A DNA stretch of 64,000 nucleotides from Marsupella aquatica. Its lineage: Eukaryota > Plantae > Marchantiophyta. The notes beneath the pieces are model-generated. The model made no database searches and had not been told where the DNA came from. It saw nothing but the letters and a program-made list of their open reading frames with translations. Numbering within the stretch: position 1 is the first letter of the stretch; the number at the start of each line of letters is the position of its first letter. The stretch lies in NCBI GenBank assembly GCA_973895155.1, contig OZ316894.1, forward strand, positions 991,968 to 1,055,967, read 5' to 3'. The translations under genes and the position numbers were made by a program. Below are positions 50,043 through 61,373 of the stretch, one piece after another.

Positions 50043-50855
50043 CTACAAAGGATTAATCAATCTAGAAGATTCACTAGTCCATGGCTTCAAGTAGCAGCAT
50101 ACTTCTGGAGTAGGAAGATGTTGGTGATCACCATCCATTATTGAAAGTTGAGTAATGCGTTCATCCTCCTCCTCTAGTGCATGAGCTAGGCGTTCTGATC
50201 CAGACCCACCTCGATTTTCATAGGCAATTGAGTGAGTAACACAGACAGTGCCATCTGCACTTATTGGCCTAATTGAACCACCTCCACCACTACCTCCACT
50301 GCCTCCATCCTCATACCAAATTCCATCCCAGTATAATGTGTGTAACTCTCTCAAGAGCTCTATTTGCTGGTTATCCACAAAAATGTCCAAACAATCACCA
50401 TTGCTGTATCTCTTAGTAAAATACACCTGAGGAGGAACTATGTGCTGAAACCTGTCACCCTGAAAGTATACAGTTGCTCGCAATGCGTGACTGAAATTGA
50501 AGTAACCAAAGCTCCTTACCATACCAGGACCAGTAAGTGTTAGAAAGTGTTGTGGTTGAAAGTCTTTTCTCTCAGTCTCCTCTATAGGCACAAATCTCTG
50601 TTGTTGGACAGGTTGTGACGAGCCAAGAAGGAGAACTCCCACCCTTGTGGCTGCATCATATTGCAGTAATAAACCAAAATGACGTCTAATCCTGGTTAAG
50701 TTGCCTGTGCATTCATTGACATCAACAGTTTGCAGAGGCCCTAGAAGCTCTTTTGGTGGAGAGTTATCATTCAACGGGACTAATGCCCCGACAAGGTAAA
50801 TTTGATTGAGTTGCATGTTCACGTCCATAGCAACCCCAATGTACTCTTCACACAT
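50043..50855 (-). CDS. Uncharacterised 270-aa protein with a globular-looking N-terminal ~180 aa and a Gly/Ser linker
   Basis: Uninterrupted ORF of normal complexity with a GGSGGSGGGG linker. No confident family assignment. Confidence 0.6.
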   Translation of the reverse strand: MCEEYIGVAMDVNMQLNQIYLVGALVPLNDNSPPKELLGPLQTVDVNECTGNLTRIRRHFGLLLQYDAATRVGVLLLGSSQPVQQQRFVPIEETERKDFQPQHFLTLTGPGMVRSFGYFNFSHALRATVYFQGDRFQHIVPPQVYFTKRYSNGDCLDIFVDNQQIELLRELHTLYWDGIWYEDGGSGGSGGGGSIRPISADGTVCVTHSIAYENRGGSGSERLAHALEEEDERITQLSIMDGDHQHLPTPEVCCYLKPWTSESSRLINPL

Positions 50856-51578
50856 ATAGGACCAATCACAAAATATAGAGGGAAATCAGACTTCTAAAAT
50901 CTTTGAGGATCAAGAAACCAACAATCCGGATGTAACTCACAAACAAGACCTGCTAAACAGTGCTAAACAGAAAACATCAGAGACTAGCCAGGAATGGCAA
51001 AGCGAGAGGCAAAAGCCCTAGAAAAAGAGCTGGAAATCCCTAAGTTTCGTGCGGAGGAGTCACAAGGGAAGTACACGAGCTGTCTGGGAAACTCGATGAT
51101 GCACTCTCCAATCCGCCAAGAACCTAATCATAAAGCAGGTGAATGGTGACATTGTGGGTCTAAGGTCTGAAATGACGAAACTAGAGCAAAGAGCACTTAT
51201 GGGAAAATAAGCTGAGTTCACCTGACAGGGGAAATTTAGCTTGCGGGCGTGCAAGGGCTGGAGTTTGCTAACTGTTCCAATACCTCCTGATGCTTTGTCT
51301 TTTCCTTCGACCTGCTCCTGAACTTCCAAAACGAGTAATCTGCAGTCCTGCTACTGAGCCCAACGAAACAAAACCCAAAAATTCAGCCGTCAATTTCCTG
51401 CATTCTCTTCTTCGACAATGGTTTTCTAAGTGGATGCCTTTGCCAGTAGGATTCAACTTCTGAGTGTGTCCCAATTCTATATTATAAATAAACAGATAAA
51501 GAGGCTTACCTGAAGTTCTCCTCGACTGCTGAACTTAATCTTCGATAGACCTTCTTCCAGCAAAAGCAAGGATTGTTC

Positions 51579-51856
51579 GAATATACAATAGTCGTTGCAG
51601 AAACTGCAAATCTCCTGCGACATTCCAATATCTTGCTACTTATACAGGAGCAGCGCTTGCGGAATACTTTATGTATTGTGAACAGCACACTCTTATTGTT
51701 TATGATGATCTTTCAAAACAAGCTCAAGCTTATAGACAAATGTCTCTTTTATTGAGAAGACCACCAGGCCGAGAAGCTTATCCAGGGTATGTTATTTATT
51801 TACATTCTCGTCTATTGGAAAGAGCAGCAAAATTAAGTTCTAATTTAGGTGGAGGT
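51579..51856 (+). pseudogene. atpA: Nuclear plastid DNA insertion (NUPT): internal fragment of chloroplast atpA
   Basis: [10 protein letters not shown](fs)[81 protein letters not shown] is the plastid-type variant, codons are AT-rich, and there is a frameshift. Confidence 0.93.
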
Positions 51857-52520
51857 CGAAGGAGCAACGAGAACCACGATTACCTCCCGCTTTCGCATCA
51901 AAAGACAACCTCACAAGTTCACACAAATCAGGCCTTCTTCTCAATCCGCCAAAGTAAACCAGGTCCCTACAGTACCTAAGGTCCGCCAGTTATGCAAATC
52001 GGGTCTCTCCTGTACCCACGGCAACGTCGCAGCTCGAGTACTTCAGGTAATCGACAATCTAATTTGGCAATTTCACTCGTTTTGATAAGCTGGCTGCGGT
52101 GCTGTACAGAAGCAACTGAGGGATTGAGCTGCACGGAAGCGTCAAGCGCGCGGTACGTTCAAAGTCCTCTCCGCCACAACGTACGTCCTCCTGTTCTTCG
52201 CTCCGTTTCTGTGTCTCTTGCTCTTTCCTTGACTTCTCTATAGGGACTTCGTTTACACAAACAAAATGAGCAGAAACGGCGAGCACGTCTCCCTGAGGGC
52301 ACAGCCCTGCCACTATGTTCTCTTCCCTGCGGACGGACAGACACACGTTTCCGTTCCTAGAGCTCTCGCTATGCTCGGGAATGGTTTCTGTGCATTCAAC
52401 TCCAGAGGTTTATACATGGAAATGCCGGGCCCCAAACTTAAACTCATGACAACTATGCTCTTCACGGTATTACTTACTAAGTTTATTAAGCTTGCGGAAG
52501 AACAGGAGGACATACGTCGT

Positions 52521-52825
52521 GCCTAATTTGTCGTGATACCCCACCTTGTACTACACAGCAACACGTTGACAATCATCCTTACTACTTTTATCTCAGACGC
52601 TAATTCTGTTGGGACTTGGGAGTGCTGTACCTATTGCTGCGGCTTTGCAGCGGTTACTACGGCGCCATTGGCGGAACCAATCATTAAGCCGCCCTCTCTC
52701 CGGATTCGGATTCAGCACTACAAGAAATTGCACCAAAGACCCCGCATGGATAAGTCTTTCAATGAGTCAACTAGATTTGTGCACATAAGGGTGGGGCAAA
52801 GTAGAAAATGCCCTTCACATTCTCC
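52521..52825 (-). pseudogene. Partial, diverged duplicate of the hydrolase gene segment 54620-54913
   Basis: Shared GCCTAATTTGTCGTGATACCCC..GGCGGAACCAATCATTAAGCCGCCCT..AAAATGCCCTTCACATTCTCC, including intron sequence, with indels. Confidence 0.88.
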
Positions 52826-54131
52826 GCTTCTTCATCTCCGCTTATCAACTATCTAATCGTCAAGTCCCAATGGCTTATCTACACACAATAGATTTGGATA
52901 TGAATAACTGTACAGATTTAAGCCGACTGTGAAAAATTGAAAAAGAAGTACAGTGCTTCGAGTGCAAGCTGGTGTCCATCGACGAATAGCTCGTTAGAAA
53001 GAGTTGTGCATTTCGAGACACTTCATCAATCGTTTAGACTTGCTCTCGGGCGTTCTTCGACCAAGTGTTACGGGCAAGAAGTTCCAGAGTGAACGTCTTG
53101 ACCATTCTGTCACCTCAAGCTTTTTTGGTCCAAGCCCAGACTTCGAGTATTTGACCAACCAAGCAGATCATCGACTGACCGTCACAGATCGGTGCTCGAC
53201 ATTAGTATGCGCTTGCCCGAAGTTGGCCTACCTAAAGACCTTGAATATGCTCTTTCACAGTCACACAAGATTAGAATGCGGACCTAGCCAGAATAAGTTT
53301 TCTTGCTTATTTTCATTCTCTTTTTGTCTGAATGTGCTAATCTGTCACATGAACGGGGTCTTCAGTGACATCCCTTAGTCCATTCGAAAAATTGAACATA
53401 TCAGTCCTCAGCACTGAGCTGACTATCACGCACAGAAGGGAGCTTAATTGTCTGCCATCCATAGTAAAAACTTTAATTCAACGAGTCTGTCAAGAGTGAA
53501 CTTCGCCTTATCAATTTTCCATTTTGAAGTTAGACAAAAAGCAGGAAAATGCACTTCCTCCTAGAAGTCGAAGCAACTGTTGGTAACAACCAATATTCTA
53601 TTGCTACGATAGAACAAGGCGCAGGGCGCCATATAAGTAGGGAACGATGGATCCCTGGAAGAGGAAGAGATCAACGGATATTTCGTAGTGACCTAGAACT
53701 AACAGCCTAGATGGCTACCGCATATCACGCATACTGGGCAACGTGATGTAAGGCAAGTAACGATGATCAACAAAGATCACACTAGTGTCGTCTACGGTAG
53801 GCTATGTGAAGAACAAGCAAGCAGGGGTTCATACCCAGATGATCAGGGCTTGTAATGAATTCAGACGACCTGTACTAAAGCAGATCGGCACCCTGGGCGC
53901 AACTTTGAGACAGCAATTACATGAAAGGCACCATTGCACAAATCACGAGGACGCTTTGAACCAACGCACTAACAATTTGATACAAGCACCCAACTTTCGA
54001 ATCACCAACAGACCCTAGTAGACGTATACAAGATCCAGATTCACCTAAAAAAGAATTTAAGCAAACTATGCATAATTGGAAGCTATTGTTAATGTCAACG
54101 GAACCGGTCTTCATCCTCGTCCTCATCAGCT

Positions 54132-55320
54132 CTAATATTTCTGCCAAAACACTCCACCAGCACATTTGCTTGTCGCTTCGAAACCAGCTTTTGCGAGGCC
54201 ACCAGTCAGATGGCTCTCCATTTCTGGGAACTTGCTAATCTTCTGTAATTGGTCTATAGTTATCCAAATTGTCTCCAGTTGCGGAAGTTGAATCAAGATG
54301 TTGTTGACAAGTTCATTACATGCACATTCATTACATGCACTCTCAATTCTGTCAGCAATTAGCTCAGCAGACCCGCATGCTCTTGCCGGTATTACTTCCT
54401 CAATAAGTTTAGTAAGCCTGCGGAAGCTGCTATCTGTTTCACCTCGAAGTTTAGAAATACCAAAATGATCTGTGTTACTGGTATAATAGTCGTCTACATC
54501 GTAACGGGCTGATCCTTCCTCAACTACATGAGTTAACTTACCTTTGCACAACAAAGCCTGCACACGGGAAATATGAGGGTCAACTAAGTCCACATTCAAT
54601 CATGTGATAAAACAGTCAAGCCTAATTTGTCGTGATACCCCATCTTGTACTACACAGCAACACGTTGACAATCATCCTTACCATTTTTCTCTCGGGCGCC
54701 AATTCTGTTGGGAGTGCTGTACCTATTGCTGCGGCTTGGCAGCGCTTACGTTGACGCCATTGGCGGAACCAATCATTAAGCCGCCCTATCTCCGGATTCA
54801 GCACTACAAGAAATTGCACCAAAGACCCCGCATGGGGTAAGTCTTTCATTGAGTCAACTAGTTTTGTGCCCATGAAGGGTGGGGCAAAGTAAAAAATGCC
54901 CTTCACATTCTCCAGAAAGACCTTGCATCGATCCGGGTCACGCAATACCATTCCCTCTATAAGTTTCTTGATAATCAGCCCCGCAAACCCGTGTCCAACT
55001 AGGACAACCGGGCGATTCTCTGCATAAATGTCAAGAATGTCATGTCGCAGATTCTCTGCAATTTGAAACAAGTTCATGTGACCAGCAGCGTCTGTCTTCC
55101 GTATGGCACCATCATAACAGACATACCAGATTCTGGCACCAGGGTACTTGGGCTTAAGCAGAACTTCTGGCCAACAAACATTCGGAGTTTCACTCAAAGT
55201 CCACGATTGCACATGAGGTTTCTCGTAGCCTTTCCATAGAACATCGTGAAAGAAAAGAATTTCTGCTTTCGGGACATCCGGTGAATTGGGAAACATGTAG
55301 ATTGAATTGTTGCACTGCAA
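54132..55320 (-). CDS. SERAC1/DUF676-like alpha/beta-hydrolase domain protein; exons ~55320-54682 and 54557-54132; 5' end uncertain; may be a pseudogene
   Basis: EILFFHD..SWT..VCWPEVLL..PGARIWYVCYDG..AENL..RPVVLVGHGFAGLIIKKL..FLENVKGIFYFAPPFMGT..RLNDWF | VVEEGSAR..TDHFGISK..SF. GT-AG intron, phase 0. Confidence 0.75.
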
Positions 55321-57451
55321 ACAAAGAGTTACTTTTCTTGATCAATAATAAACACTCACCAATCCTAAGAGAGGCATCTGCGTCGAATTTCCACATTCCC
55401 TAAAATTGTCAAGAAGTCGCACAGAGACACAAGCCATGAAACACAAAAATTACAGACATAGGAGATCTGGAATATAGAACCAATCGAACCCGTGTGAATG
55501 GGGTGCCACTTACCTCTATTGGGTCCGGGATTGGACTTTGTATGGTGGAAGTGGAGGCCATTGAGCATGGAAAACAGTAACGAGGAACCTGATGACGTTC
55601 TTCTCTCTAGCAGGGAATAAGGGTTCCATTTTCCGCACAAACGATCATTGATCTTTGGCTTGCCAGATGCTATAATTCAGTTCACTTTCAAATGAATTTT
55701 GAAGATTTCTTCAAGAGTCAGGCCAACCAGGCAAGAAGAATACCGTCAGGGAGATGAAGATGAGCACATTAGATCTGAATTCCATGGTCCACCTTCGGAC
55801 ACTCCTGCAATACAAACCATCACTTGAGAAACGTCCTACAGTAGGTCTCCACTTTGTCTAAACGACTTCTGATGTGTGGAGTTCAAGTCTGCGAAACCCG
55901 TTGTTCATTCGAGACGATCGATACCTCATTCGGGACACACTAGTGTATTTCTAGGCTAATGACCCGTACTCTGTAATCTCTAGCTTACCTTGGAGTTCTT
56001 GAGAACGTATCCCAACGGTCTGTCCGCTCTCAGAAAATACTTTCAAGTTCCATCAGCTGTACACCATTCTGGCTCTTTCGATCATCTGGTCACGGCTGCC
56101 CTCTGCTCCTGTAGCACGACTCCACGGTGCCTTCTCTGATGATGGTTTTTTCCTTCATAATGAAACTCTACGGTAGCATTGGTCAGCTCATAAACGAAGT
56201 CGCGCGCATTAGCTTCGCCGGATATGGCTTTGGCTTTAAAGAGTCAATCTGCAGCCTGCCAATGTCCTATCAGATACGTGAGTATGGCAGGCCAGCCTCC
56301 TCCCTCGCTCGACTTTGTTTGACTGCGTTCTCGAATCCCATTCCGCCCTTGTGCAAAAACACTCGGTGTGGGAAGACACTGTCGTCATGAAACAAGCACT
56401 CCACCCCTCAACTCTTGAAGCACAGCACACACCAAAGAATAAAAGAAAGACTGATCCCTGCAGTGGACCAAGGGGAAGTCCGAATTGTGGGATTGGCGAG
56501 TGTGCGAGTCGCCAATTCGTAGGACACTGCTTGCATCAATTCAAGACCTAGAAACTGTGCATCTCGAATCAAGGAATCCTCTGACCTCACCCAAAGGTAA
56601 AAAAAGTCCTCGGACGGAGGTGGGCCAGGTCTCGTTCACAAGGGTAGTACGGTACACACAGCAAATATTGCCAACCATTAGAGGCCAATTGGTCAATAGT
56701 TGCGCCTCTGGGCTTCAATGGTTGGATATGCTCGGTAGATCAGTGACGAGACTTCAGAGATACTGTACTATGAAACACGTGACAAGTCTCTGGACACAAA
56801 AGTCGATGTGAGCCTGGTCCTCGCTCTGGAAAAAGCTGTTGGGAAAACAAATTTTATGTGTATTTTGAACATATCTAGGCGCATCAATACTGTAAAGCTT
56901 TGCCAGATTGATGCGTTTTGCTGCCTAGATTTGCATGCTGAGTAACTGAATTCTGATGAGTGCCACGGAATGAAGGAATTAACTGATTAGGTCTGTTCGA
57001 GAGGTATGTCGAGCTTGCTTCGTCTGCATTCCAAAGCCAATTTCCTTTGCTCAAGGACAAGGAGAGTAGGGGGCAATTGTACTTCATCGCACATGGTGGA
57101 TGGTTTGGAAGGGGACTAGGTGAAGAAACTTTTCCATTTTCTATTCGTGACCAGTGGAGGAAAGATGTGCTGTTGGACAGGTTTTCTGAGTGTAGTTTGG
57201 CCACATATCTAGAAACGGTGAGATTAGGACTTCAGTTCGAACAAGCTTCTTCATCTCCGTTTAGTGTTACCTTCTAAACCTTGCGGCTATAAACGTGGAT
57301 CAGGTTGCACTGTATTGGACGTCTGGTGAACCAAACCTAAACTGACAACTGCAGCAGCTTCAATTCGCTAAGATTATGTTTGGTGCTTGGCAGTCCCTAC
57401 TAGGATCCCTTGCTTGTTGATTCCATATTTCAGGTACGCCGAATCCAGCCA

Positions 57452-57880
57452 ATTGCCTTAGATCCACAAGAGTGAAGATGTCTGAGTCTCCAATGCTGTC
57501 AAATAGCTCCTCTGGCCGTGGCATGGGATACCTATCCTAGGGTGTGACCAGGTTCAGTGGCTTATAATCCCCAACATGTGCTTCTCTGTCCACAATCCAC
57601 TAGAATCCTTTTTTGCTGGCATCACTATACGTAGCTGCTGCAAAATCTGATGTAGATGGCTGAATAAAACCAGCTTCATAGAGCTCTTGGCACCTCTCAT
57701 CCACCAGCTGTCATTCATGCTTACTCAAACGGTGTCTCTACCTGAAGATAGGTGTTTCATCAGCCAACTCAATGGAGAACTGCATAGTCTTGCACTTACC
57801 CAAGTCCTTCATAGAGAAAGCAAACACGTTCTCATGCTTGAGGAGCAAATTCAGCAGCTGGTCCTTCTGTCTTTTACTTA
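57452..57880 (-). pseudogene. Ty3/Gypsy reverse transcriptase, N-terminal part
   Basis: QLLNLLLKHENVFAFSMKDLGKC..IELADETPIFR*RHRLS..ELYEAGFIQPSTSDFAA..VMPAKKDSSGLWTEK..DYKPLNLVT..DRYPMPRPEELFDSIGDSDIFTLVDLRQ. The match ends before YxDD. Confidence 0.9.
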
Positions 57881-58244
57881 GGTGGTTGCCCATGATGAAT
57901 GTGTAGTTGGCAACACTAGGAATCGGACCTGATGTACTCGTGCTTGAAGAACCAGAAGTGCTAGCCTCTTCACTGTCCAAGTTGCTAGCATGCTGCTGAT
58001 AATGTGATGAGGCCTCTCCAAGGCCTGTTGTACCTGCTGATCTGAAGTGGTCCACACCATGAAACTCAGAAATAATGTCAGCCACATTACAAGGGATCTC
58101 CTCCCCCCCAACACTTGGACTAAAGTGGTGAGTGTTGGACAGAGGTAAGTGCACCTGGTCTGGATGCCATGCAGCAGCACCATGGAGTGGTAGGGCTAGA
58201 ACTCCTGATGCTGAATGAATGTACATCTGAAAAAGGATGCAACT

Positions 58245-59192
58245 GACCAAAAGCCAAGTGAGAGCATTAAGATCCATTACCTTGCCAAGTAAAGCATTTC
58301 TGGCCAGCTTGGTAATTTTGGTGTGGCCTGTAGTACCGGGTTGGAAGCCCATAGCCCGTTCTCTCTCCTCTTGGGGTTTAGGTTCATCCCATGTACCGGT
58401 AGAATGTCAATAAACCAGGCCAGGACCATCATCTTGAAAAGCATGTGCACCTGGAAAGGACACAAATGTAGGCCAAGCAGCACGGGGCTCTCCAATGGTA
58501 TGGGCTGGATACCAAGGGGCTGGCTCTTGCCGTGTAACTGGTTGGCAAGAACTGTCAGGATCCAAAATCTGGTCCACTGTGAGGTTAGTGTCCCTAGATG
58601 TGTGGTGAAGAGCTAACTCCAGCAAAGAAAGAGGTGCAAGGTTAGTCCAAAAGTTACGAAGACAATGTGCATAAGAACCACAATGCACTGCATCAATGAG
58701 AAGGGGTGGCCCCAAGTAGTGCTGGACCACACTAAAATCCTCTTTGACCTGTGGACATTGGTCAAACTGAGATGGAGTATTCTCGATTATATAACCAACA
58801 ACAGGGTAAAGGGATTGAGCCCAGGTGAGAACCTGAATCAATGTTGTGAAAAGGCCAGAACGAGAATCATGTAGTTTAGTGCCGTGACCAGCAGCTATAA
58901 ACCCTTGGCATTCCCAACTAGCTATGATCAAATCAAGGGAGCCAAGAAGGGTTAAGTGTCGGTGCTAGACAAGCTGGATATCTGGAGGGAAGAAAGAAAA
59001 TGCAAACTTCCATGCACTGTGTGGAAACTGCTGGGGAAATCGCTCTGAAAATTCCAGCAGATGGGAGGCAGCCACTTGCCTTGCACTTGGATCAATGTCC
59101 ACATAGATGTACTACTTCACCACCATGCCGGACTGTAGGAGAGCTTCCAGGCCTGTAGAAATGTCACCAAAAAGCTCAAGCAATGTAAGGCC
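58245..59192 (-). pseudogene. C5 cytosine DNA methyltransferase domain within retrotransposon pol
   Basis: Motif I LLELFGDISTGLEALL, II YIYVDID, III PPDIQ, IV DLIIASWECQGF, V DSRSGLF, VI IIENTP, VIII GSYAHCLRNFWTNL, IX ERERAMGFQPGTT, X RNALLGKVMD. All lie in one frame, interrupted only by point stops. Confidence 0.9.
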
Positions 59193-59498
59193 ATCCGGAG
59201 CAAGAGTCCATGTAATTGGTCCGCTCAAGATTGGGGCTACTGGCTATCCATTGTGCTGCCCAAGGTCTTCAAACTTGTGCAATGCAACCACCAAAGGTCC
59301 ATGGCCTGGGCTGCTTGGAGCCGTTGTACCACCTCTGGTTGATGATCCACGTTGCTGGAAAGTGCTGCTATACGTGCAGCAGCATGTGCAGTAGCCACCT
59401 CATCGTCATCCTCCTCAATCCAATCCTGCAATGGGTGGTTGACATAGGTAGTTGTGTGCACTTCTTTCAACACACAATGATGAGCCATGGGTGTATGG

Positions 59499-59805
59499 CT
59501 CGGGGGCCTCAATCCAAGGGGTGTCTCATATCACGCTCGAAGTTTTGGAGGAATAAACATCCTAAAAGTTAAGTCAATAAAGTTTTTTTTAGGAATTTTT
59601 TTACCCCTAACTTAATAGAATATTCCAAGAATATTCCTATATTTGATTTTAAAAAACCCTATGATTCTTATAATTCTCAAAATTGGATTAAAATAACCCT
59701 AATGTTCTTCAACAAAAATTTAAAAGTATTTCACTAAACCCAATAAAAAAACCCTATACTTATTCGCGCGTGATGGGTCGGAAGAAAAGAAGTGAGGACC
59801 CCGGG
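59499..59805. mobile_element. 307-bp MITE (hAT-like, 8-bp TSD) nested in the retrotransposon pol
   Basis: TSD GTGTATGG at 59491-59498 and 59806-59813. Imperfect 13-bp TIRs CTCGGGGGCCTCA / TGAGGACCCCGGG. AT-rich interior. Removal restores the frame LHGAHTPMAHHC. Confidence 0.85.
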
Positions 59806-59813
59806 GTGTATGG

Positions 59814-60270
59814 GCACCATGTAGATCAAGGGGAATGTAGCCCAAGTGTGAGCCATCAGTATGCCAATCAACTCTGTAGTATGCATGCTCATGCAAATTG
59901 TCAATGGTGAAACCTGGTGGGAACAAAGCCTCGTGGCCGGCCATTGAGCACATCATACGTAGTGGCATTTGTAACCAAGCATCTGACTGGGAAATGAAGT
60001 TCCTAATCTGTACCGGGCTGTACCTCCATTAAAAGTGAGGGTGTGTAAAGTAGAACTCTCACCCAGTACGTCCTCCACAGTGCCACTAGTATGTAGTTTG
60101 AATGTGCCACCTGGATTGCTATAAATGATCAATCAACATTCCCATCTTCTTGGCAAACTCAATGCCCAAGATCACTGGTTGAGCGCTTGTGTCTAGCATG
60201 ACCACCTGAGGAGTGTGACCCTCCAACTTGACCGCTGAATTCCTGTTGTCAACAATGGCAATGGTGGTGG
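59814..60270 (-). pseudogene. Retropepsin-like aspartic protease region of pol
   Basis: VKLEGHTPQVVMLDTSAQPVILGIEFAKKMG contains a D(T/S)G-like motif with G>S. It sits downstream of gag. Confidence 0.7.
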
Positions 60271-61373
60271 AAACTGAAGTCCTATCGCTAGGCACCACTT
60301 TTGGCAAATGATGAGGTACCTTGTGAAGGGAGTTAGTGTCCACGGTCTTTCCACTCAATAGCATAGTTAGGAAAGATGGAACAGCATGACCAGAATCAAG
60401 TGTAGCTCTAGCCACACAATCTGCAACAAAACTGTCATCTCTACCATTGGAAATTGGTACTGGGATAGCCAAACCAGTGGAAGCATGTAATGGAGAAGAA
60501 GAAGGTCCAGTATGTACATGAGATTGGACCTCCAAAACCGGTGTCATAGGGGCTGATGAAGAATGCAGTGAGCCCTCTAGCGCTCTAATGACAACTCTAG
60601 CATCCAATTGTAAATCATGATGGCAACTGAAAAGTGGAGTTGTAAGAATCTGTTGTGCCATACCGGAGGTGAAATGCTCAAGCAGCTTAGGAGAAACAAC
60701 ATCCTGTGAAATGTCAGCAGCACTTGGTGGTGGAATGGATGTGGCTGCAGCTCCCCCCCCCCCTCGCCAACAAGGTGCGCTCTTCAGCAAGTGTGAGTGA
60801 CTGAAAAGATTGGGGCATAACAGCCCGAGCTCCCCTAGCTCTAGTCATAGGACCACCAGCAAGACCATCAGCCTGTACAATGCGACATGTGGGAGCAGTA
60901 CGGGAGGCAACACTGACCTACTAGTAAGCAAAATAGGATGGGCAGAATGAATCTGAAAATTCTGCTGTAAGGCCAGGCTGTGTAGCAGAGGATAGCACGT
61001 GCTCACCCATATGAGCATCAAATGGCAAGCCATAGAAAGAGCGAGTTAGAGGTGTTGAACTGTCAGTGGTGCCTGGACCAGGGATGGGTTGCATGTGACC
61101 AACAGGTTGAGAAGGACCAGCAGAGGCTGGTGACTTACCTTTGATGTTGGCAAGTTGGGCACATAAGGACTCAACTTCATGAGTCAGAGACTGGAGTTGA
61201 GTTGCCTATGCGTTGTGAGCCTCCTTCTGAGCTGGTTGCTTCTGTTATTGCTTGGGTGGTTTGTTGGCACCGGGTGCTTTGCCACTGGAAGAAGGAGCAA
61301 CTGATGTAGTAGGAGCCCTCCTAGTTGGTGGGGGAGTGGAAGCAGGAGCAGGATGAGTGGCCTGCTATTGGAG

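Noticed and set aside
51671-51979. Functional ATP synthase alpha gene
   Set aside because: It is only an internal fragment with a frameshift and substitutions at conserved residues, so it is a NUPT.
56884-57277. Coding-like stretch next to the RT truncation
   Set aside because: It does not continue the RT and no family is recognised.
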